Assembly: GCA_048884965.1 (NCBI GenBank)
Contig: JBHLQH010000001.1
Coordinates: 224,001 to 288,000, forward strand
Length of the DNA stretch: 64,000 nt
Reading direction: 5' to 3'
Source: Candidatus Thorarchaeota archaeon
Lineage (GTDB): Archaea > Asgardarchaeota > Thorarchaeia > Thorarchaeales > Thorarchaeaceae
A program made the position numbers and the translations under genes. Positions 56,701 to 64,000 of the stretch are shown in pieces (position 1 is the stretch's first letter; every line of letters starts with the position of its first letter). A model generated the notes under the pieces. The model searched no databases and was not told where the DNA came from. It was given only the letters and a program-made list of their open reading frames with translations.

Positions 56701-58808
56701 AAGGCTTCTGCTTCACTTGTTCTCCAAGGCAGCTCAAAATCACTCATTCCCACAATTTCCTTTGAACTCTGTAGTCCTGCGTTCATAGCAAAAACTTCAT
56801 TGCATCCAAGGTAATGTGACTCTGTATCTTTCCAGAAGACATACTGGGGAATGTTATTGATAACAAGCTGAAGCATATCCTGAGATTTCCGTAGTTCCAG
56901 TTGGGCTGCTCTTTTTTCAGTGATGTCCTCCCCTGAACTAATTACGCCAATTGGGTTTCCATCAGCATCTCTCAATACAGCGGTGTGCCATGCAATAAGT
57001 CGCTCTTCCCCTTTCTTTGATATCAAGTTTCTCTCAATATATTCAATTGAATCTATTCTACCTTCAATGAGCTGCTCAAAATTCGCTCTTACTTGTTCTC
57101 TTGTAGAAGGAGCAATATTATCAAACCAACAGGTTCCTACTAATTCATCCTGCGAGTAGCCGAGAACCTCTGTACCTTTTCGGTTGATAAGAGTGATATT
57201 CCCCTTTTCATCCAGAACCAGGAAAATTACTCCTGCCATCTGGAGATACATTTCTGCTCTATCTCTCTCTTCCTTCAAGGCTTCCTCCGCTCGAACGCCT
57301 TCTGTGATGTCAATTAGGGTGCGTTGCATTGCAGGTTTCCCATCAAATTCAATAATCGATACGCTTGCTTCAACCCATCTTACTTCTCCATCTGGACGAA
57401 TAATTCTATAGCGATTTGATGGCTCAAGTTGTCCTGTTTTCGAGTACTCTCTGACCCGCTCACCAATAGCCTCTCTATCATCCGGATGAATGATATCCCA
57501 CAAGCCCTGATTGTCCAGACTATATATCTCCTCAAGTGATCTACCTACAAGTTGTGCATATGCTGGGTTCACATATGCGACATTACTTTCCTGCATTATT
57601 TGGATCCCCTGTAAGGATGTATCAGCCAATTCTCGGAACTTCTTCTCAGATTGAATGAGTTCCTTTTCTGCCCTTTTCCTTTCACTGATATCACGCAGAA
57701 TACTCTGTATATGAAGGGGTCGTCCATCGGAATCCTTGACCAGAGAAATATTCACCTCAACAGGGATTTCCGTTCCATCTTTTCGTTTTACGATACGTTC
57801 ATAGATTTCGTATCGCTCTACTTGACGTATCTCTTCGAGCTTTCTTTTGCTATCGTTTTGTTCTCTATCTACGATGACATCTCTATATGATAGACCTATG
57901 AGCTCATGGCGGGAATAGCCTAAGATTTCAGCTGCACGTTGGTTCACATCTAAATGATTACCTTCCAAGTCTAGTATGAAGACCGCATCGTTATTTAGAT
58001 CAAATAGAGAATGATATCTCAGGTCCGCCTTATCTCTATTTATCTCTGCTATTCGTTTTTCTGTAATATCATGAACAAACGAGCAGAGTAAATATCCCTG
58101 GGATGATTTGATTGGAGCTGAATACTGCTGGATTATGACTTCTTCTTCATCTCGTAGGAAGATGGTATTCTCCTGTACTTTCTGCACCCAAGGTGCATTG
58201 CCTGTCTTTAAGAATCCGAGAATCGAATCTCTAAGGGATTCCAATGAGATCTGCGATTTTCGTTCTGGTTGAAGGAAATTATATTGGATATCCCAAGCCT
58301 TCTTACCTATTGCATCCGTCCTCGCCAGTTTGAAGATATCCTCTTGGGCTTTATTCCATTCAATAATGGTTCCATCTTCATTAATTAGGGAAATTCCTTC
58401 AGGGGACTCATCAAAGAGACTCCTTAGCATTTCATCCCGTCGATGTAATTCCTCCTTAGCCCAAATCTGTTCTGTTATTTGACTTGAAGTGAAAACTAAA
58501 GATACTACTTCACCTTTCTCAACAACAGGACCTATTCTCAGTCTGACCCAAGTTCCCTCTCCTTCTCTGAATTCAAACTGCTTCTCATTTTGGGTTTCGA
58601 TCACCTCTGTAATAATGACTCGAAAATCGTCTTGATACTCTTCTGTCATGAAATTATGGATACTTTTGCCGCGGAGATCGGATTGCGACAATCCGAAAGC
58701 TTTCTTGTTTACATACAAGATCTCTCCTTCGGTTGATGCCATAATGATGAGAGTGGGAGCATTCTCAAGTACTATTGAAAGAAGACGAGGATCATCTTGA
58801 GTAGTCAT
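53757..58808 (-). CDS. Cytoplasmic multi-PAS/GAF sensor histidine kinase
   Basis: About 10 PAS/PAC repeats ending D[IV][TS]; one GAF; SHDLRAPLR; DNGVGF; GSGIGLA. Confidence 0.93.
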   Translation of the reverse strand: MTTQDDPRLLSIVLENAPTLIIMASTEGEILYVNKKAFGLSQSDLRGKSIHNFMTEEYQDDFRVIITEVIETQNEKQFEFREGEGTWVRLRIGPVVEKGEVVSLVFTSSQITEQIWAKEELHRRDEMLRSLFDESPEGISLINEDGTIIEWNKAQEDIFKLARTDAIGKKAWDIQYNFLQPERKSQISLESLRDSILGFLKTGNAPWVQKVQENTIFLRDEEEVIIQQYSAPIKSSQGYLLCSFVHDITEKRIAEINRDKADLRYHSLFDLNNDAVFILDLEGNHLDVNQRAAEILGYSRHELIGLSYRDVIVDREQNDSKRKLEEIRQVERYEIYERIVKRKDGTEIPVEVNISLVKDSDGRPLHIQSILRDISERKRAEKELIQSEKKFRELADTSLQGIQIMQESNVAYVNPAYAQLVGRSLEEIYSLDNQGLWDIIHPDDREAIGERVREYSKTGQLEPSNRYRIIRPDGEVRWVEASVSIIEFDGKPAMQRTLIDITEGVRAEEALKEERDRAEMYLQMAGVIFLVLDEKGNITLINRKGTEVLGYSQDELVGTCWFDNIAPSTREQVRANFEQLIEGRIDSIEYIERNLISKKGEERLIAWHTAVLRDADGNPIGVISSGEDITEKRAAQLELRKSQDMLQLVINNIPQYVFWKDTESHYLGCNEVFAMNAGLQSSKEIVGMSDFELPWRTSEAEAFLEVDRRVLNGSFTKYDNFEKMRKADGTDAWFRTIKVPLTDVGNNIIGVLGTSEDVTEKRYAEIELARSEKKFRTLLQSLDDLVFVFDEEGRYAEYYTKNENELYVPPSEFIGKHITEILPSEVSVPYSEVMERVRNSRKSESFDYLLPDDTKDRWFSATITPHEDGVSTVSVIREITNRVEASRELEEANNIINLSPIVAFLWKNEPGRPVEFVVGNSMDLLGYSLEELRSGEVSYGSLVHPDDVDRVVAEVRGFSADKLCESYVHEPYRIVAKGGEVRWIADYTQLRRDSEGNIIYRQALIYDITNRIIVEQALRESESKYRSVLEQSLMGIAVISEKERAIRFANKMLSHQLRRPINELIGMPLEDLSNIIHPEDLEAATIFLSRCLEGYEQSPIIIRIYVDRDTISWFEMFGSKVIYEEGVAAQFSVVDISERYHAVQALRRERASFRSIAESAVEAKGTEEMAQRILEDFIQAMNLERGTIRLYDAKQSILKPAAAFGVPDEIAHQEYHLNSSESNSLMIARVAKTKERIISSDITEDVDIDKYPNIKAMGFRSLLIMPLMSKNGELIGTFSAGSSKPDIVSAKDSVFFETIAGLLVTVLERRLTEQAYKMSVRRYRELLTDLSEGIGIVDLEENFVFVNESFCRIMGYEKDELLGLYSMKLVHPDDVEIITQETRRRISGVSSAYQVRMIRKDNEERIVRISAIPSRNDAGEVEGTVAFITDITERVRAEDEVRKLNQELAQRVEERTAELEAANKELEAFAYTVSHDLRAPLRIIDGFSQAVLEDYYDHLDDVGKDYLKRIRSGAVNMAGLIEDILGLSRVTRTEMERVDVNLSRLAEEVITELKEGDSERTVEVKIQPEMTSRCDKRLMRVVLQNLFENSWKFTAGKEESRITFGMKHDEDEDVFYIQDNGVGFEMDYADKLFKPFQRLHGSDEFEGSGIGLATVMRIINRHGGRIWAEADLGQGSTFYFTLK

Positions 58809-58982
58809 TTGTCATTGCACCCCAGCAGATATGATATTCCAACCCCTTCAATGGTATTTAATTTAATTTAGACTTTATTCAACAGGATTTCCTAGATTAT
58901 GCACAAACATAAAGTCTAAAGGCAGGTCGATTGGCGAAGCCTATCGTCTAGACTACGCAAATCAATACGTGTAGTTGAGATA

Positions 58983-59813
58983 GTGAGGCAAGATACGCTG
59001 GTCATCGATACACAGGACGAAGCGCCAAAGCACAAGATACAGCTGAAGAAAGTTGGCGTAAAGAACCTGAAGACATTTCTCATGACTGAGAAGGGGGGAC
59101 TTCGCCATCACATTATTGCAAAGGTTGAGCTGACCATCGATTTGCCTGCTGATGCAAAGGGAGTTCATATGTCTAGACTTGTTGAGTCCATGACTGAGGT
59201 CATTAGTGACGAGTTCAGCCTTCACAAGTCAATTGAAGAAATTCAAATTCATATACTCGATTCCTTGAGACAAAGACATGCCTTCAATCGTGCAGAGATT
59301 AAGTTCGACTTTGAATTTGGGTATTCCAGCAAGACTCCTGTTTCCAAGAAGCGTACTTGGGAGGTATGTGATGTGACCTCTATAACAACAAAGGAGAATG
59401 GAAAACCCTTTGTACATGATATATCTCTGCAGGTCACCGGCAATACAGTATGTCCTCACTGCATGGCAAATAACAGCGGTTTGACCCATATGCAACGAGC
59501 AATTGGTACATTGCGAGTTGTTGGTAGTACAGATCAAGTACCCACATATGGTTCAATGATTGATGTCATTGAGAACTCCTTCTCAAGCAAGACGTATTCT
59601 CTTCTCAAATTAGAAGATGAGGTATATGTGACGAAACAGATGCATGATAATCCCTTATTCGTTGAGGATGTTTGTCGGAATATCCTGCAGAATGCTTCCG
59701 AAACCTACAAAGACAAGGTCCTAGAGATGTTCGCAGAAGCACGCTCATTGGAGAGCATCCATAAACACGATGTTGTTGCAGAAGGGAAAATTGTTACCAA
59801 TGGAATAGATTAA
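58983..59813 (+). CDS. folE2: GTP cyclohydrolase FolE2/MptA family
   Basis: KGVHMSR, CP, THMQR, FVED..R, ESIH.HD. Confidence 0.9.
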   Translation: MRQDTLVIDTQDEAPKHKIQLKKVGVKNLKTFLMTEKGGLRHHIIAKVELTIDLPADAKGVHMSRLVESMTEVISDEFSLHKSIEEIQIHILDSLRQRHAFNRAEIKFDFEFGYSSKTPVSKKRTWEVCDVTSITTKENGKPFVHDISLQVTGNTVCPHCMANNSGLTHMQRAIGTLRVVGSTDQVPTYGSMIDVIENSFSSKTYSLLKLEDEVYVTKQMHDNPLFVEDVCRNILQNASETYKDKVLEMFAEARSLESIHKHDVVAEGKIVTNGID

Positions 59814-59939
59814 GCTTCGATTTATGACGAGACTATTCTAACTTAAGAAGGGAGTCAATACAAGTTTTCTATTTAACTATCTGCTATTAGTAATAGTTAG
59901 CATATATTGAAGGGAATCTCAATTGTATGAGGTGCGAGT

Positions 59940-62900
59940 ATGAGGTTGAAGAATATCATAGCAGTGTTATTGCTGGCAGCAGTACTTGCTATGCCCACTT
60001 CCATAATTTCCTCTACTCTCGATAATCCGGCATTACAATCGAAAACGCTCGAATCCGATATAACCAGTCCTACTTCTTTTGCTATTGCATCAGACAGTTT
60101 GATGTCCGGTACCATGCTTCCATTGACTATAGAGCAACTTGGCTATGTTTCCACTGAACTAATCAGTGCTCGGACTGATATCCTTGAGAATACGAATACA
60201 ACTCTTAGCATCGATGACACACACTCTTGGGTTGGAAGTGAAGCGTCAGTATACATTTCGGATCTAACTCGATTGTACGTAGTTAATGGTTCATTCAATA
60301 CAGGAATTCCTGGTTTTACGGTTAATCCCAATGGAACAATCGGATCGTATCCTGATGGTTGGACCGCACTTAGTTTCGACACCGATACGGATGTCGGAGA
60401 CCAAACACAATCAGTAGCCTATGAAGATGGTGGACGTAGTTACGTTCAAGTGCAGAATGTAGGTGAAGTAACTAATAATCCCCAACATCTCTATACTCAT
60501 TCTGCAGGGACGAAGGTTCTCTGGAATCAAACGATAGAACTTTCACCTTATACTGAGGATTTCATTTTGAGTTTCGATTATTATTATGCACAAGGTCCTC
60601 TAGGAACTGGATTTACTGGTAATTGTTCAATTCATGCGTTCATTGAAGGAGTTTCTATATGGAATATAAGCCTTCCAACATTGCCAGAAAGAGAAACATG
60701 GTACAGCACTGGAGACATCCCTATCAACATTGCTACTTCCTCAAATCCTACCATGTTTATGTTGGGATTGGTCATTGATGAGACCCTAGTGCTCGATGGT
60801 GATCTCGATTATGATGGCGATTCATTTCCTGATGGTGCCGCTGACACACAAGTAATCACTGTACAATTTGATGATGTGAACTTAGTAGGTGCTACTCCTC
60901 CAAGCTTTGAAGAAGTCGATATTGAATTCACTGCTGGTGCCAATACTGTTTCAGTGACAGGGATTGGAGGAAACGGCTATGCAAAAATCGTTAATTCATC
61001 GTATTGGACACAAGATCCATTAGAAGTATCAATCACATCCAATACTACCGTTAGTTTTGATTACGATGCACATCTGAAATCGCATCGTTTCATTAATTCA
61101 AGTTGGAGCACTGATATCAACAAGGAAGGCGTGTTATTCTCTATTGAATGCCAGCAAAGTGCATCCTTTGAATTCTACAGCTACTTGGGATTCTTGGGAG
61201 GATATGAAAACCTGAGCCTCATAGTGACTTATCCCCAAGACTGGGAGAATGCTACAATTTTCGATCCTTTCCTATCTGATGTTTCATCAAGCTGCACCAA
61301 ATCTTCAGGTAGAATTGAAATACCTGAAGAACTATTGGATCGTTTGGGTTGGTGGAAGTTCTCGATTGATGGACCAAACTATGCTCAATCGCTTTCGACG
61401 CAGAAATATAATGTCACTTCTGATAGCTGGTTTGATGAGAGTATCTTCCGTTCTGGCAACAAGACACGTGTGTCTGTTTCTATTGGAACGCTATCATCAG
61501 TTCCTGCAACTTTGGAAGATGTCAATGTAACATGGTTCCTTCCCAACTCAACCATATGGACAAGTGAGCTTATCGATGTACCAACAGGTAATTCATTCTA
61601 TTCCAGCGAATGGATTTTGGATTCAATTAACACCACTGCAGGGCTTTGGTCGGTGAATGCCTTCTGGAATAATGGAACTGAGCTAGCATATGCATCTATA
61701 GACTTCGAAATTCACCACAGAACCACACTGATATTATCGCAGACATTGATTGAAGCAAGTACTGGCGATTTGGTGTCTAATATGGTTAGGTTCATGGATG
61801 ATGAAACTAACAAGCATATTGGTGAGGCTGCAACAGTTGTGGGTAATTGGTCGTCGAGTACTATTGATTTTCAATTAGACTCTATCCATAATTGGTATGA
61901 AGCAGACTTTGATACCGGGATTGTAGGAGCCGGTGATTATACAGTACTGGTGAACGCAAGTGGCACATATTTTGATGATGCAACAGCTTCGTTCAAGATC
62001 AAGGTTACAAATATTGATAATACACTCACTCTTGATCACTCTAATGGACAAAAGGGCTTGAAGGAAATCTATCTCGCCAATCTTACCTTTCGTGATCAGT
62101 ATGGCGTGGGAATTGAAGGCGCGTCCTTTGACATATCATATTCAGGTCCCACTAATGGTATTCTATGGACCCCCGCAATCGATTTGGGGTCTGGTGAATA
62201 TCGCATAGAGTTACTAACAAACATATCCGGAAGCTATGTAATTACAATTTCTGGATACTCAACATACTATGAAGCCGCAGAGGATACACTCTTTCTACTT
62301 GTTGAGAATTATGCCTCATCATTGACATCACCTAATGGGACCTCCGCAGTGACTAATTATGGTCAACCATATCATTTTGTTCTTCAATATACAAATACTA
62401 CTGGATATGGCTTGGTTGGAGCAAATGTATCACTAATCAATGTTGTACCCTCTACGGGCATGCTGGCTAGTTCTGTTGTCGATGAAGGTGCTGGTTACTA
62501 TTCAATTCTTCTTACACCTCTTGCCTCAGGAACATTCACATTTCTATTCGAAGCTAAGATCATCAATCATCAGACGCAATTCTATTCATTCGTTCTTTCA
62601 GCAGATGTCATTGAAACTCTACTTATAGTAGACACATCAAGTGAAGTTATGGCAGTGGACGAGGCCTGTTATGTGACTCTCACATACACAAATGATACTG
62701 GCTACGGACTTACTGGAGCCACGCTTACAGTCCTCTCACCTCCTGATGGACTAATATTCTCTACCGTCATAGAGGTCGGGAACGGTGTATACACTATCAC
62801 AATAACCGCAACGTCAATTGGCGAATATCAGCTTAGGTTTAGAGCTAGTCTAGATAATCATCTAGATGCAACTGCTGCTACTAGCTTGTCAGTCACTCTC

Positions 62901-64000
62901 ATTCCGACACGATTACGGCTTATCGAGTCAATTAGTGAAATCAGTACATCCTTTCTTGCAGTATGTGAGATTCCGTTCTATTACCAAAGGTTGGACCAGA
63001 ATCAAAATCCTATCGCGAATATTACGAGTGCTGAGATGTCTTTGAATGGTTTCGAGGATGGAGAGTTGATTTGGTTCTTTACTCAAGTTGATGAATACTA
63101 TATACTACATATTATGTCTGAACAGTTAGGTACTTGGGATATCGAAATATCAGCCAATCTGACTCTCCATACCACTAGAAGTCTGATTCTGCCTTTCGAA
63201 GTGCATGGTATTGAAACAGAGGTAAACACCTTCCCATTCTTTACTTGCTATATCGGACGAGATTATACATACATATTCGAGTACAGAATCGATTCCAATG
63301 ACTCCATCATTGAAGGTGCTACGATAGAACCATCAGGAAGAGGCTCTCTATGGTTGACGACGGAACTACTCTCTAATGGCAACTATAGCATTAGCTTTTC
63401 ACCGGAGGAATATGGTTATTATTCAATAATTCTTGACTTTGAAAAATATGGATTTGAAACAGCATCAACAACACTCTCCTTTGTTGTTGAGGAAATCCCT
63501 ATAGACATCTCAATATCGTATGAAGGATGGAAACAAGGTTATCCTTTCTCAGTAAATGTGACTCTGGTAGAAAGGGATACTAGACTTCCCGTTGAAGGAG
63601 CAATTGTGGTTTGTGTGCTTAGTGTTTTTGGAACCGAACTTGCAGAATGGGACTTGGTTGAGATGTATCCTGGCAGGTATATTGGTTCTGTCAGCGCTGA
63701 ATGGTCCGATTCTGGAGTGAGCCTTCACATAATTGTTGAGAAGGACAACTATCATGCTGATGACTTCGATATCACCATAGATACGGAAAGTAATCCCGAC
63801 TATATCATGCAGAGTTTCCTCTCTACTTACCTACCACCTGGTCTTACTATCATAGCATTTCTCTTTGTTTCTACAAGTGCTATTAGATATAATCGACGAC
63901 GAAATGAGCAGAAGCGGCGTAATTTATCGGAAATTACTTCTCGATTTGATGATGCGAACAATCTCCTTGGTGTTCTCATTCTACACAAGAAGAGTGGACT
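59940..64000 (+). CDS. Large cell-surface protein (signal peptide, beta-rich Ig-like repeats, TM, cytoplasmic domain); runs off the right edge
   Basis: ATG follows GAGGTG; signal MRLKNIIAVLLLAAVLAM. The same frame reads sensibly at the window end (TM GLTIIAFLFVSTSAI, RYNRRR, NNLLGVLILHKKSG). Its absence from the ORF track implies no stop. Confidence 0.88.
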   Translation, partial: MRLKNIIAVLLLAAVLAMPTSIISSTLDNPALQSKTLESDITSPTSFAIASDSLMSGTMLPLTIEQLGYVSTELISARTDILENTNTTLSIDDTHSWVGSEASVYISDLTRLYVVNGSFNTGIPGFTVNPNGTIGSYPDGWTALSFDTDTDVGDQTQSVAYEDGGRSYVQVQNVGEVTNNPQHLYTHSAGTKVLWNQTIELSPYTEDFILSFDYYYAQGPLGTGFTGNCSIHAFIEGVSIWNISLPTLPERETWYSTGDIPINIATSSNPTMFMLGLVIDETLVLDGDLDYDGDSFPDGAADTQVITVQFDDVNLVGATPPSFEEVDIEFTAGANTVSVTGIGGNGYAKIVNSSYWTQDPLEVSITSNTTVSFDYDAHLKSHRFINSSWSTDINKEGVLFSIECQQSASFEFYSYLGFLGGYENLSLIVTYPQDWENATIFDPFLSDVSSSCTKSSGRIEIPEELLDRLGWWKFSIDGPNYAQSLSTQKYNVTSDSWFDESIFRSGNKTRVSVSIGTLSSVPATLEDVNVTWFLPNSTIWTSELIDVPTGNSFYSSEWILDSINTTAGLWSVNAFWNNGTELAYASIDFEIHHRTTLILSQTLIEASTGDLVSNMVRFMDDETNKHIGEAATVVGNWSSSTIDFQLDSIHNWYEADFDTGIVGAGDYTVLVNASGTYFDDATASFKIKVTNIDNTLTLDHSNGQKGLKEIYLANLTFRDQYGVGIEGASFDISYSGPTNGILWTPAIDLGSGEYRIELLTNISGSYVITISGYSTYYEAAEDTLFLLVENYASSLTSPNGTSAVTNYGQPYHFVLQYTNTTGYGLVGANVSLINVVPSTGMLASSVVDEGAGYYSILLTPLASGTFTFLFEAKIINHQTQFYSFVLSADVIETLLIVDTSSEVMAVDEACYVTLTYTNDTGYGLTGATLTVLSPPDGLIFSTVIEVGNGVYTITITATSIGEYQLRFRASLDNHLDATAATSLSVTLIPTRLRLIESISEISTSFLAVCEIPFYYQRLDQNQNPIANITSAEMSLNGFEDGELIWFFTQVDEYYILHIMSEQLGTWDIEISANLTLHTTRSLILPFEVHGIETEVNTFPFFTCYIGRDYTYIFEYRIDSNDSIIEGATIEPSGRGSLWLTTELLSNGNYSISFSPEEYGYYSIILDFEKYGFETASTTLSFVVEEIPIDISISYEGWKQGYPFSVNVTLVERDTRLPVEGAIVVCVLSVFGTELAEWDLVEMYPGRYIGSVSAEWSDSGVSLHIIVEKDNYHADDFDITIDTESNPDYIMQSFLSTYLPPGLTIIAFLFVSTSAIRYNRRRNEQKRRNLSEITSRFDDANNLLGVLILHKKSG

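Noticed and set aside
341-63755. Numerous 60-170 aa ORFs antisense to or nested in long genes
   Set aside because: Shadow ORFs of well-supported genes with no recognisable motifs.

Overview
Gene-dense archaeal chromosome segment. Evidence for archaea: rps17e, thermosome, ATP-dependent DNA ligase, the HMG-CoA synthase/thiolase/DUF35 cluster, and TATA-like promoters with GGAGGTG-type RBSs. It is most likely an Asgard archaeon (Thorarchaeia-like); this is inferred from gene style, not from a phylogeny. No rRNA, tRNA, CRISPR array or transposase was recognised. Housekeeping content includes NfnAB, Nnr, a CoA-synthesis fusion, mevalonate entry enzymes, TrxR, KorAB, FumC, an anchorless SdhAB/FrdAB, QueD and FolE2/MptA. 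Most notable: (1) a divergent five-gene locus with an Smc5/6-like SMC, a kleisin-like protein and a catalytically dead AAA+ facing a MoxR AAA+ and a HExxH-vWA protein; (2) two unannotated, mutually similar 29-33 aa peptides translationally coupled to an MFS exporter; (3) a minimal group 3 [NiFe]-hydrogenase + ferredoxin operon led by a V4R protein, with a second V4R paralog nearby; (4) tandem EutA-like paralogs sharing an extra N-terminal domain; (5) a ~10-PAS/GAF kinase relay lying between queD and folE2; (6) a >1350 aa receptor-like surface protein missing from the ORF track. All family calls come from motif recognition by eye; no searches were run.
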